A stretch of 32,576 nt of DNA from Candidatus Uhrbacteria bacterium GW2011_GWC2_41_11 (GTDB lineage: Bacteria > Patescibacteriota > Patescibacteriia > UBA9934 > GWF2-40-263), in NCBI GenBank assembly GCA_000996355.1, contig LCAH01000007.1, positions 75,089 to 107,664 of the forward strand, in the 5' to 3' direction. Below the pieces are notes generated by a model. The model saw only the letters and a list, made by a program, of their open reading frames with translations, searched no databases and was not told the DNA's origin. This document shows positions 9,412 through 17,866 of this stretch, in pieces. The first letter of the stretch is position 1; each line of letters opens with the position of its first letter. The position numbers were made by a program, and so were the translations under genes.

Positions 9412-9441
9412 GACATTTCCTCCTTTTTTATTCGTTAAAGA

Positions 9442-9732
9442 TTAGTCGTGGATAATAGCCGAAAATAGTGGTTGCCACCCAGGACGAATGATATAAACGA
9501 ACCACTTATCACCATAAAGTTCTTGAGCTTTTTGGCATTGTTGTTTCCAGTCTTCGAATGCGGATATTTGTGAAAGATAGATGCCCATCTCTTCAATTTC
9601 CGTGTCGGTTTCGGAGACAATGACGAATTCGTTTTTGGACAAATGATCTTGTCCAATTTTGATACAAATTTCGTCTCTTGTTCCATCCTGACCAATTTGA
9701 TACGTTTTTTTTCCGTCTTTTGAGATGATCAT
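9442..9732 (-). CDS. Small hypothetical protein (96 aa), paralog A of a tandem pair, translationally coupled to dus
   Basis: Its ATG overlaps the dus TGA stop (ATGA). GGAG lies 8 nt upstream. The ORF track extends to 9753; M at 9732 fits the coupling. Confidence 0.6.
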   Translation of the reverse strand: MIISKDGKKTYQIGQDGTRDEICIKIGQDHLSKNEFVIVSETDTEIEEMGIYLSQISAFEDWKQQCQKAQELYGDKWFVYIIRPGWQPLFSAIIHD

Positions 9733-10715
9733 GTTTTTTTCTCCTGGCTGCATGTAAAGGAGGTTTTCATCTCTTCAAGAATTTTTTCAAAGTTTTCCAT
9801 GGAGTCGACGGTGTGTAATTTTTGTCGAAAGTATGTTGCTCCAGGTAATCCTTTGAAATACCAAGTGAGGTGTTTGCGAAATGTTTTTATTCCATGTTCA
9901 CCATATTGTGCACAATGAAGGTTTAGATGCAAGCGAATGACTCGGATACGTTCTTCCATGGAAAGAGTGGTTAAAGGTTTTCCAGTAAGAAGATCTTCAA
10001 TCTGTTTAAAAATCCATGGATTGCCAAGAGCTCCTCTTCCAATAAGCACACCATCACAACCGGTGATTGTGAGAGCTTCTTGAACAAGAGAAGCAGAAGA
10101 AATATCTCCATTTGCAAGAACAGGAATGGAAACATGTTGTTTCACTTTTTGAATCATGTTCCAATCTGCTTTTCCTGTATACCCTTGCATTTTTGTTCTT
10201 CCGTGAACCGTGATGAGGTCTGCTCCAGCTTGTTCAAGTATTTTTGAAAAAGAAAGACAATCAGTTGGATCACTCCAACCAAGTCGAATTTTAACGGAAA
10301 TAGGAACAGAAACAGCTGCTTTCATTTTTTGAACAATGGTTGCAGCACGTTCCGGTTCGCGCATGAGTGCGGCTCCATTAAATCCGTGAACGATTTTATA
10401 GACAGGGCATCCCATGTTGATATCGAATCCATCTGGATGATCTTTCGTTTCAATGATGCGAGCCGCTTCAGCCATGACATCCGGATTGCTTCCAAATAAT
10501 TGTTGAATAAGCGGTCGTTCATCTGAATGAATAGTGGCCATGCGAATGGTTTTTTTATTTTCTCGAACCACTGCTTCAGAAGAGATCATTTCGCGAAATA
10601 CAAAAGGCGAGGCCATGGATTTAACGACACAACAAAAAGCAGAGTCTGTCATGTCTGCCATGGGCGAAAGTCCGATGATTGGTTTTGAGACAGTATTCCA
10701 ATTGAGTGTTTCCAT
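9729..10715 (-). CDS. dus: tRNA-dihydrouridine synthase
   Basis: Dus family motifs: LSPMADMTD, NMGCPV, GAALMREPE, and a TIM-barrel FMN site HGRTK. Confidence 0.9.
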   Translation of the reverse strand: METLNWNTVSKPIIGLSPMADMTDSAFCCVVKSMASPFVFREMISSEAVVRENKKTIRMATIHSDERPLIQQLFGSNPDVMAEAARIIETKDHPDGFDINMGCPVYKIVHGFNGAALMREPERAATIVQKMKAAVSVPISVKIRLGWSDPTDCLSFSKILEQAGADLITVHGRTKMQGYTGKADWNMIQKVKQHVSIPVLANGDISSASLVQEALTITGCDGVLIGRGALGNPWIFKQIEDLLTGKPLTTLSMEERIRVIRLHLNLHCAQYGEHGIKTFRKHLTWYFKGLPGATYFRQKLHTVDSMENFEKILEEMKTSFTCSQEKKT

Positions 10716-10788
10716 TTGGCGAAGATAGCAAAAAAAGAAAAAAGAGCCAAGCGAGTTGACTCAAGAATCACATTTCTGTGCGGCTAGG

Positions 10789-11190
10789 CTAGATCAAGGA
10801 CATGGAAAAACGGATAGGCTGTTCTGTCCTGGTAAGCGAGGAAATATCGATCCGTTCGGCATCGAGTTTCTCCGCCACCTGTTCGAGAATAGGATCCTCT
10901 TCTTCTGCAAACAAGATGACACGGACAATGCCGTGTTCGAGAAAATTCATCTCAAACTCGACCACTACATCTCCAGGAACCGATTTCCAGACGTATTTGT
11001 CTGTGTCTTTCGGATCCTGGTCAAGCCACGAACCCATAGCCGCGGCTTCTTTGATCGTGATGGCATCTTGATCCTTGACCGTATTCAGCTTGGACAAAAG
11101 GCGATCATCGACGATCATAGTGGTGGCAAAGATGGCTGCAAGAGAGACAGCCATGGATTCAGGTACAAAGAATTCTTTGTCCATCATCAA
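10789..11190 (-). CDS. Hypothetical acidic protein (133 aa), last gene of the znu transcription unit
   Basis: RBS GAGGAA lies 6 nt upstream. Its composition is far more protein-like than the overlapping plus-strand ORF 10756..11388, which is C/H/R/F-rich. Confidence 0.5.
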   Translation of the reverse strand: MMMDKEFFVPESMAVSLAAIFATTMIVDDRLLSKLNTVKDQDAITIKEAAAMGSWLDQDPKDTDKYVWKSVPGDVVVEFEMNFLEHGIVRVILFAEEEDPILEQVAEKLDAERIDISSLTRTEQPIRFSMSLI

Positions 11191-11300
11191 CGTTCCTCAT
11201 TTTGTTTGTTGTTTCCCGTCGAAATGGCAGGAAGGAGAGTTTTGACAAGATGCCGTATGTTTTGTTTTTCGTCAAGATGTTTATCACCTTTGTCCACCTT

Positions 11301-12107
11301 TTATTTTTTACGGAAAAAAATGGCAAGAAAAAAAAGAATCGTTCCAACAAGAATAACAGCCGCGCCAGAAGGGAGATCAAGAAAATAGGAACTGGTTAAT
11401 CCAACAAGAATAGCTGTTTCCGCGAGCAGAATCGAAACAAAAAAGAAACTTTTGAATGATCGTGTGAGAAGACGACTGGTTGCAGATGGAAGAATGAGAA
11501 GAGCAGAAACAAGAATGATACCAAGAATCTTTACGCCAAGGACTGTTGCCAGAGCGAGAGCGATGTAGAGAAGAAGAGATTGAAGGGTTGTATTGACTCC
11601 GTTGACAGAAGCTTGTTCTTCAGACAAAGACATGGAGGTCAGGGAGCGGAAAGAAATCGCAATCCAGGCGAGAATACCTGCTGTGACAAGAAAAATAACA
11701 AAGAGGTCTACGGTTTGAATAGAAAGAATACTTCCAAAGAGATAAGAAACAAGATCCGGCTGATATCCTTGTGTGAACCGCATGAGAATCACCCCCAATG
11801 CCATACTTGCAGTAAAGAGAATGCCAATGAGCGAATCAGAAGAAATACGAACTTTTCGTTCTAACCAAAAAATAAAAATTGCAATAAAAAGTGCCCAAGC
11901 AAGAGCAGTTGGAAGCGGAGCAATTCCGGCAAGAAGAGCAATAGCAATTCCGGCAAGTGAAGCGTGGGCAATCCCATCTCCAAAAAATGCCATGCGGCGC
12001 AATGTCACATAGACGCCAAGACACGCTAAAAGGAGACCGAGAATCATTCCAGCTAAAAATGCGCGCTGCATGAATGGAAAACTGATCATTTCAACAAAGA
12101 CGTTCAT
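11301..12107 (-). CDS. znuB: Zinc/manganese ABC transporter permease (ZnuB/TroC family)
   Basis: Eight TM segments and the FGDGIAHASLAGIA motif of ABC-3 permeases. The start overlaps the znuC stop (ATGA). Confidence 0.85.
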   Translation of the reverse strand: MNVFVEMISFPFMQRAFLAGMILGLLLACLGVYVTLRRMAFFGDGIAHASLAGIAIALLAGIAPLPTALAWALFIAIFIFWLERKVRISSDSLIGILFTASMALGVILMRFTQGYQPDLVSYLFGSILSIQTVDLFVIFLVTAGILAWIAISFRSLTSMSLSEEQASVNGVNTTLQSLLLYIALALATVLGVKILGIILVSALLILPSATSRLLTRSFKSFFFVSILLAETAILVGLTSSYFLDLPSGAAVILVGTILFFLAIFFRKK

Positions 12108-12826
12108 AGATGATGATGTTTGTGTTGATGAGCATGGTGTTCGTATACCTCAGCTCGTTTTCCAAATACCTCTGTGAGTTTTTTTGGCGTGAGAGCCGTT
12201 TTTGGCGGACCATGACACAGAAGATGTTTGTTAATGCAAATCACTCGATCGACAAGGTCAGAGATGACTGCAATGTCATGGGAAACAAGAATGATCGTGG
12301 TGCCGTGTTCTTTATTCAAGTGTTCAATCACATCGTAAAAGGCAGCTTCTCCGGAAATATCAATACCAGTTGATGGTTCATCAAGAAAGAGAATGCGTGG
12401 ATTATTTAAAATAGCTTGAGCAATGAGTACACGTTGAAGTTGACCGCCAGAAAGCATACCAAGACGTTTTTTTAATATCTCTGTTCCAAGACCAACTTCA
12501 TGAATTTTTTCCAACATGCGCGATTCCGGACAGGCATAATGTCGACTAAGATCAAGAAATTCTCGAATCGTAATGGGAAAATCACGATCAAACATGAATC
12601 GTTGCGGAACATAACCAATGAGTGGACGTACTTGATGCAGATGTTTTCCAAAAAGAAGAATTTCTCCCTGTTTTAAAGGAGTGAGTCCAAGAATGGTACG
12701 CATGAGCGTTGTTTTTCCTGAACCGTTCGGACCGATCATGGCGGCGATCTCTCCTTCTTCAACAGAAAAACTGACGTCATCGATAATCACGCTTTCTCCA
12801 TAACAGACCGAGCAGTGCTCGACCAT
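12104..12826 (-). CDS. znuC: Zinc/manganese ABC transporter ATP-binding protein, with a His-rich C-terminal tail
   Basis: Walker A GPNGSGKTT, signature LSGGQLQRV, Walker B ILFLDEPSTGID. The C-terminus is HHAHQHKHHHL. The ORF track start 12961 overlaps znuA; M46 (12826) is the plausible start. Confidence 0.85.
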   Translation of the reverse strand: MVEHCSVCYGESVIIDDVSFSVEEGEIAAMIGPNGSGKTTLMRTILGLTPLKQGEILLFGKHLHQVRPLIGYVPQRFMFDRDFPITIREFLDLSRHYACPESRMLEKIHEVGLGTEILKKRLGMLSGGQLQRVLIAQAILNNPRILFLDEPSTGIDISGEAAFYDVIEHLNKEHGTTIILVSHDIAVISDLVDRVICINKHLLCHGPPKTALTPKKLTEVFGKRAEVYEHHAHQHKHHHL

Positions 12827-12842
12827 GAGGGCAGGAGTTTTT

Positions 12843-13766
12843 TTACTGGTTGTCGCGGATTGTCTTGGCATTTGAAAGCATAAGGTTGATATATGAGCTG
12901 CGTCCGGGGATTCCACCGATATCATCGAGTTCAGCCATGTGAAGACCGTAATCGTTTGCAAAACTTTGATATGCTTCTGTACTGAATTGAGGTTCGTAAT
13001 AAATTGCGCGTGTTTTCGGATTATTTTTTAACACCTCAACCAGATTTGCAAGGTATTGAGGAGTTGGTTCACGTCCGGCTGTAGGTTCAAATGTTCCTGC
13101 AATGTGTAAATCGTAGGCATCTGCAAAATAATACCATGCATCATGAAAAGTGATGAGGTCGCGACTGGAAATATCTACAAGCATGGATCGAATTTCTTTG
13201 TCTGTTTGATCTAATTTTTTCACGTACTGTTCCAAGTTTCTATCAAAGAGAGGAGTAAATTCAGGGAAACGTCGGGCAAGATCAATAGCAATGGTCGAGG
13301 CAATGGCTTTTGCATTTGAAACGACAAGCCAGTAGTGCGGATCGGTTGTTCCATGTTCTTCTTCTGATTCTTCTCCATCACGAAATGTGACTTCTGTTAT
13401 TTTTCGAATAGGAACACCATTATCCACAACGAGAGTTTTTACTTCAAGACTCTCTGAAATTTTCGTTGTCCATGTATCTAATCCGTGTCCGATGGCATAA
13501 ATGACTTGCACATCCTGCAAAGATCGTAAAAGAGAAGGAGATGGTTCAAAACTGTGTGCTTCCGCTCCGGGAGGAAGAATAAGAGCGATATCTATCGTAT
13601 CTCCCGCAATATTTTTTGTGATGTCATAGAGAGGAAAGATGGTTGTTGCGACTAGAGGTTTTTTTTCTGTTTGAACAGATTTTTTTGAATCACGGGAAAA
13701 TATCCATGCTCCGCTGCTTACAACAAGGAGAATAAGAAGGAAGGTAATCAATATTTTTTTTTGCAT
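12843..13766 (-). CDS. znuA: Metal (zinc) ABC transporter substrate-binding protein (ZnuA/TroA family)
   Basis: N-terminal signal peptide MQKKILITFLLILLVVSSGAW, and cluster A-I SBP architecture with conserved His and Asp/Glu metal ligands (HSFEPSP, HDAWYYF). Confidence 0.8.
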   Translation of the reverse strand: MQKKILITFLLILLVVSSGAWIFSRDSKKSVQTEKKPLVATTIFPLYDITKNIAGDTIDIALILPPGAEAHSFEPSPSLLRSLQDVQVIYAIGHGLDTWTTKISESLEVKTLVVDNGVPIRKITEVTFRDGEESEEEHGTTDPHYWLVVSNAKAIASTIAIDLARRFPEFTPLFDRNLEQYVKKLDQTDKEIRSMLVDISSRDLITFHDAWYYFADAYDLHIAGTFEPTAGREPTPQYLANLVEVLKNNPKTRAIYYEPQFSTEAYQSFANDYGLHMAELDDIGGIPGRSSYINLMLSNAKTIRDNQ

Positions 13767-13769
13767 AAT

Positions 13770-14138
13770 TTATTGATGTTTGCAGGTCTCGCAAAGACCG
13801 AAAAGTTCTAAATGGTGTTCTGAAATTCGGCGAATGGGGCAGGGAATACAGTGAACAATATCGCATTGCCGACAAATGAGATGATCGTGGTGTGTGTCTT
13901 GTGTCTGTTCGTAATGGATTTCATCATCGTGCGAATGAACGGGACGAATCATGTTTTTTTGAACCAAAATTTCAATGTTGCGATAGACCGTGGAAAGATC
14001 CATATGCGGAAGCGCATGAAAAAGTTGTGATGCGCTCCATGTTCGATGTTCAGCAAATCGTTCCAGAATTTTGTGGCGATCGACGGTTTTTCGAAGTCCA
14101 ATTTTTTTGAGATTTGTTTCAATGAAACAGTGATCCAT
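13770..14138 (-). CDS. zur: Fur-family metalloregulator, probably Zur
   Basis: Fur fold with HHDHLIC..C....C..C metal-site motifs. It is the first gene of the znu operon. Confidence 0.8.
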   Translation of the reverse strand: MDHCFIETNLKKIGLRKTVDRHKILERFAEHRTWSASQLFHALPHMDLSTVYRNIEILVQKNMIRPVHSHDDEIHYEQTQDTHHDHLICRQCDIVHCIPCPIRRISEHHLELFGLCETCKHQ

Positions 14139-14151
14139 AGGATTTCATTAT

Positions 14152-14167
14152 TGCAAATAGATTTGCA
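14152..14167. promoter_or_regulatory. Putative Zur operator overlapping the zur-znu promoter
   Basis: Perfect palindrome TGCAAAT-AG-ATTTGCA, 14-29 nt upstream of the zur ATG. On the minus strand, TTGACA (revcomp of 14171-14176) plus a 17 nt spacer brings the -10 onto the palindrome. Confidence 0.55.
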
Positions 14168-14265
14168 TCTTGTCAAATAAACCTCTTTACAGCTCTTTTT
14201 TTTCTTGCTACCGTATGCCCGTAATTGATAAAAGAACTTTCTTTTGAAAGCTCTATTGTATTTTT

Positions 14266-14379
14266 ATGGGCATGCGAAAAAAAGGACGGACTCAGTGGAA
14301 ACTGGATCGTAAGGTAGAAGAAGCAAAACGACGCAAGCAAAAAGCGATCCGTTTTGTCAAAGCAAAAGCATCTGTATAA
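14266..14379 (+). CDS. Very small basic ORF (37 aa, MGMRKKGRTQWKLDRKVEEAKRRKQKAIRFVKAKASV), divergent from zur
   Basis: Open frame below the ORF-track cutoff. No clear SD. Highly basic like a ribosomal or nucleic-acid-binding peptide. It sits beside the Zur box. Confidence 0.2.
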   Translation: MGMRKKGRTQWKLDRKVEEAKRRKQKAIRFVKAKASV

Positions 14380-14418
14380 ATGGAAAAACAATGGGCAAAA
14401 GGAAAAAGTCCATAATAA

Positions 14419-14447
14419 AAATCGCCTTGAAAGGCGATTTTTATTAT
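14419..14447. terminator. Bidirectional terminator
   Basis: AAAAATCGCC-TTGAAA-GGCGATTTTTATT. Confidence 0.55.
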
Positions 14448-14463
14448 CTACTTCGGATTGTAA

Positions 14464-14646
14464 TTAAAAGCTGCTTTTGCGCTTTCGGTTACAGTCTCGG
14501 CAATAGATGCGGCCATACGTTCCATCTTCTTTCAAAGAAGGCTGGAAAGGGAGTTGGGTGATGTCTGCACCACAATCAACACACTTAAGGTTGAGGGCGG
14601 AAACATCAAACAACTGGCGGGCCGGACGAGCATTCATGTCGTTCAT
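14464..14646 (-). CDS. Small stand-alone ClpX-type C4 zinc-ribbon protein (60 aa)
   Basis: KCVDCGADITQLPFQPS...GRIYCRDCNRK fits the ClpX N-terminal zinc-binding domain pattern C.FCGK....L..P.VYICDEC. It has its own promoter. Confidence 0.55.
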   Translation of the reverse strand: MNDMNARPARQLFDVSALNLKCVDCGADITQLPFQPSLKEDGTYGRIYCRDCNRKRKSSF

Positions 14647-14729
14647 ATCGGCGACGTTTAGTGGTTTTCCTATTATCGCGATTGACGAACGACCTTTGGA
14701 GTTACGCCTACACGGATAATATCGACTCT

Positions 14730-14758
14730 ATAATAGAGTATTCTTTCATTTTTGTCAA
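14730..14758 (-). promoter_or_regulatory. Sigma70-type promoter for the zinc-ribbon ORF
   Basis: On the minus strand: TTGACA, 17 nt spacer, TATTAT. The -35 overlaps the ppa stop codon. Confidence 0.5.
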
Positions 14759-15324
14759 CTGTTTTTACCAGCTTTAAATGATTCCTGTGTTGATTTATAT
14801 GCTTCCATTGCTTTGTGAATTTCCATTTTTGCTGCTTCGACGTCATCAAATCCATTGATGACAACCTTGTCGTACTTTGTCTGTTCTAATTTTTTGATTT
14901 CTTTGAAATGAATTAGTAACTCCTGCTGTATATGTTTTGGTAAATCATTTACAGATTGAATCTCATCAAAGCGCGGATCTACTTTTGAAATAGGAACCGC
15001 AAGAATCTTATTATCTCCACCTTTTTCATCTGCGGTCTTGATCATACCGATGGTACGCGCTTTTATCACACACCCTGGGAAGGTTGGGTATGTCACCAGT
15101 AAACAAACATCGATTGCATCTCCATCATCAGAATGTGTTTGCGGAATAAATCCATAGTCAAATGGATAAAACATCTGAGAATGCAAAACACGATCCAGTT
15201 TGAAATATCCTCCTTCTTCGTCGTATTCAAATTTATTTGAAGAACCTTTTGGAAGGTCAACAACAACATGAAATGTGTCCGCATCTCCGGCAGAAAGTTC
15301 GTGATAAAGATTGATTCCTTTCAT
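14755..15324 (-). CDS. ppa: Inorganic pyrophosphatase (family I)
   Basis: The DGDAIDVCLL (DGDPxDV), FYPFDYGFIPQT and EKGGDNKILAV motifs align to E. coli PPase. The ORF track start 15336 adds 4 residues. Confidence 0.88.
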   Translation of the reverse strand: MKGINLYHELSAGDADTFHVVVDLPKGSSNKFEYDEEGGYFKLDRVLHSQMFYPFDYGFIPQTHSDDGDAIDVCLLVTYPTFPGCVIKARTIGMIKTADEKGGDNKILAVPISKVDPRFDEIQSVNDLPKHIQQELLIHFKEIKKLEQTKYDKVVINGFDDVEAAKMEIHKAMEAYKSTQESFKAGKNS

Positions 15325-15464
15325 AGAAAAATACATGGATTAAGACAAAGACACTATAGAGCAAAAAAGATCTTCTGGTCAAAAAGAAAGAGTGATCATT
15401 TCTTTTGTCTTCATGGAATTTGATATATGATTATGTAAGATTCTCTTTTTGATTTGTATGTTGT

Positions 15465-16811
15465 ATGAAAAAAAATGCATTTATTCTTCTTCTTGTTTTG
15501 TTTGTTGGAGTTGGCTGTGTTCCATCATCAACTCCGTTGCAAAAAACGACTGAAAACGAAGAACAAAAAAAGACAGAAGTTGTTTCTTCACAAACTTCTT
15601 CTTCGGCTTCATCTGAAACAGAGATATCAGATATCACAACTCGTCGCGGTCGTTTGCGCGACAAGTTAACGGGGATGATGAAAAACGGAAGTCCGCGACA
15701 AATTCTTTTGCTTGATAGTTCTTGTGAAAGTGCAACCTATACAAAAGAGGCAAAAGAAGGATATCGGGAAAAAGATCTGGGAACCTTTACCGTTATTATT
15801 GCTTCTTTTGATGAAGGGAAAGCACCAGTTGTTGATGGTTCGGACAGCTGTCTTAAAATGAGTTTTCCTGCACGCGATTTTGCTTCTTTGAAAAAGATGT
15901 TGAATCTTTTGAGTGAAGATTTGCAGAAAACGCTTGAGTCATCAAATGTGAGCGTCACTATTCAAGAAGATCTTCCAGGTGCATGTGACAAAGTGGCCGA
16001 GTACATTGCCCGCCGCAATCCTTCGCTTGCAGAAAAGGCCTATGCACGATGCAAAGTTCTTCAAGACAAACAAAAACAAGAACAGGATTCTCAAGAAGGA
16101 AATGATGACACATTGTATGATGGAAACAGTATTTCCTGTACAGTTGCACCGGATGCTGTCTGTTCCCCGGGAATGGATACGACCCAATATGTCAAATATG
16201 CCATGGGTTTCATTACTCCGATGGATGCGAGTGTGACATCTGAAGCAGCCCGTTATAGCGATATCGAAGCTGTCTATCAAGCCATGCAGGTGCGTCCGTG
16301 GCAGTCAGATACAAGTTTATTTGGATGTAGTGATAAATTTCAGTTACCAAAATATTATTTAAGCACATCTCCTTCCATTACAAGTAGTATGGAGTGTGGA
16401 ATGGCTGTTGGCGACTGCGAAGATCAGGCTGATACATTTTCTTCACTCTTGATCGCATCTGGTTTATTTGACGCATCCGAAGTACGTACAGCTCTTGGAA
16501 TGGTTCAGTTTGGAAATCGTCCATGGGATGTTGGAGGTCACGCGTTTACCGAAGTTTATGTAGGCGACCATTGGTTTCCGGTTGATGCCGTGTTTGGAAA
16601 TACGTGCGATGAAAAAGGAAATTGCACAAATTATAATGCGGATGACTTGATTGATTGGGATTATTTTAACTATGTTGAATATCCTGTGATTGAGTACTGG
16701 GGTTGGGCAAACAATGAATGGTATTACATTCCGTCGACTGGGGAAGGAACAGCTGGTATTCCCGCTTGGTGGAAAGAAGAATCTAAAACCACATACGAGG
16801 TCGGAAGTTAA
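15465..16811 (+). CDS. Secreted lipoprotein with a C-terminal transglutaminase-like cysteine-protease domain
   Basis: Signal peptide with lipobox LLVLFVGVGC, a Ser/Thr-rich linker and a Cys-rich middle region. CGMAVGDCEDQAD (Cys), GGHAFTEVYVGDHWFPVDA (His/Asp) match the transglutaminase-like core. Confidence 0.7.
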   Translation: MKKNAFILLLVLFVGVGCVPSSTPLQKTTENEEQKKTEVVSSQTSSSASSETEISDITTRRGRLRDKLTGMMKNGSPRQILLLDSSCESATYTKEAKEGYREKDLGTFTVIIASFDEGKAPVVDGSDSCLKMSFPARDFASLKKMLNLLSEDLQKTLESSNVSVTIQEDLPGACDKVAEYIARRNPSLAEKAYARCKVLQDKQKQEQDSQEGNDDTLYDGNSISCTVAPDAVCSPGMDTTQYVKYAMGFITPMDASVTSEAARYSDIEAVYQAMQVRPWQSDTSLFGCSDKFQLPKYYLSTSPSITSSMECGMAVGDCEDQADTFSSLLIASGLFDASEVRTALGMVQFGNRPWDVGGHAFTEVYVGDHWFPVDAVFGNTCDEKGNCTNYNADDLIDWDYFNYVEYPVIEYWGWANNEWYYIPSTGEGTAGIPAWWKEESKTTYEVGS

Positions 16812-16817
16812 TCTTGT

Positions 16818-17123
16818 ATGTCTGAACGTTCATTTGGAAACGAAAGGAATTTTGAAATGTCAGAAACAGTTGAAGTTGTCTTGAAAGAAGCTTTTGGTCT
16901 TCGGAAAGAATACGAAGGAGAACAGGCGATTTGGAAAGCATTGGATACATTTCGTATCAAAGATCGTCGTGAACGCATTCGACTTTTTCGTTTGATAAAA
17001 CCAGTTTTTGCAAGGCGGGTTATCGAGGAAAAAGAGAATGAGAGGCTTGAAAAAGAGGGTCGGTTTGCCATGATGCTTGAAGAAGCTGCAGAGGCTGAAC
17101 GTCAGATGCCACAAGATGAATAA
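16818..17123 (+). CDS. Hypothetical small charged protein (alternative start 16857)
   Basis: AAGGAA RBS 7 nt before the ATG at 16857. K/E/R-rich and helical. Followed by a terminator. Confidence 0.45.
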   Translation: MSERSFGNERNFEMSETVEVVLKEAFGLRKEYEGEQAIWKALDTFRIKDRRERIRLFRLIKPVFARRVIEEKENERLEKEGRFAMMLEEAAEAERQMPQDE

Positions 17124-17130
17124 CAAAAAA

Positions 17131-17166
17131 CGCTCGGAATCAGTCTGGTTCCGAGCGAAGTTTTTT
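17131..17166. terminator. Bidirectional intrinsic terminator
   Basis: 9-bp stem cgctcggaa/ttccgagcg followed by TTTTTT. An A-run upstream serves the minus-strand gene. Confidence 0.65.
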
Positions 17167-17722
17167 ATGGAGAAATGTTTTGAAGTATTCTCTTTAGTGG
17201 AGGAATAAGAAAATCAACCCTGTGTACCTTTCCTCCGGAGAGGATGAAATGAAGATCCGTCGGATCTCCACCTCCGAACATCTTGACCGCGATTTCGCCG
17301 CTCGTTTTTTGGAACGAGTGTCGAAAAATTTCGAGCATGATTTCGGTGGGGACAGGGAGTGTGTCCGAGGTCTCCATCTCCTTTGTTCCATCCGGAAATA
17401 TCAGAACGATGTGTGCCACGTCAAACCATTGAACGTGATGTTGATGTGTCTGCCACCAAACCTCATCATCCACATGTCCGTCTTTCGGTGCCAGACCATT
17501 TTCGATTCCAAGACCAAACGCGCCCGGGTGCACTTTTTGTGCTTCCCTGGCACGGTTGGTCGCGCCTTGAAGAATTTCCGTGTATCCGATCGGCATCGGG
17601 TTGACGCCTGATTTGGCTGACTCCGAAACAATTTCCAACAAGAAATTTTTTGGACAAGCCAGCTCAACCGCTTGGATCTTGTGAGCGCTTGTCGAACCCA
17701 CAGCGATCGTGATCTGTTGCAT
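17165..17722 (-). CDS. Inosine/xanthosine triphosphatase, YjjX/DUF84 family (non-canonical NTP pyrophosphatase)
   Basis: ITIAVGSTSAHKIQAV and ESGVNPMPIGYTEILQGATNRAREAQ align to E. coli YjjX (VCATTNPAKIQAI / [22 protein letters not shown]). Confidence 0.65.
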   Translation of the reverse strand: MQQITIAVGSTSAHKIQAVELACPKNFLLEIVSESAKSGVNPMPIGYTEILQGATNRAREAQKVHPGAFGLGIENGLAPKDGHVDDEVWWQTHQHHVQWFDVAHIVLIFPDGTKEMETSDTLPVPTEIMLEIFRHSFQKTSGEIAVKMFGGGDPTDLHFILSGGKVHRVDFLIPPLKRILQNISP

Positions 17723-17804
17723 GATTGACTCCTTTCTTTCTTAGAAAAACAAGTGAAAAAAGAGTGAAAAGAATATCATATTTTGGTTTTTTGTCAACAT
17801 TACC

Positions 17805-17834
17805 TTGCTTTTTTATTCCTCTTTCTCTTATAAT
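17805..17834 (+). promoter_or_regulatory. Promoter for secDF
   Basis: TTGCTT, 18 nt spacer, TATAAT, about 30 nt upstream of the secD ATG. Confidence 0.45.
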
Positions 17835-17866
17835 GCTCGCACTGATCGTTCGATTTTTTTTATTTT

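Noticed and set aside
10756-11388. Plus-strand 210-aa ORF
   Set aside because: Its C/H/R/F-rich composition is typical of antisense translation. The opposite-strand ORF 10789..11190 has an RBS and protein-like composition.
14173-14391. Minus-strand 72-aa ORF
   Set aside because: Low-complexity F/C-rich product with no RBS. The region is better explained as the zur promoter and operator plus a divergent tiny ORF.
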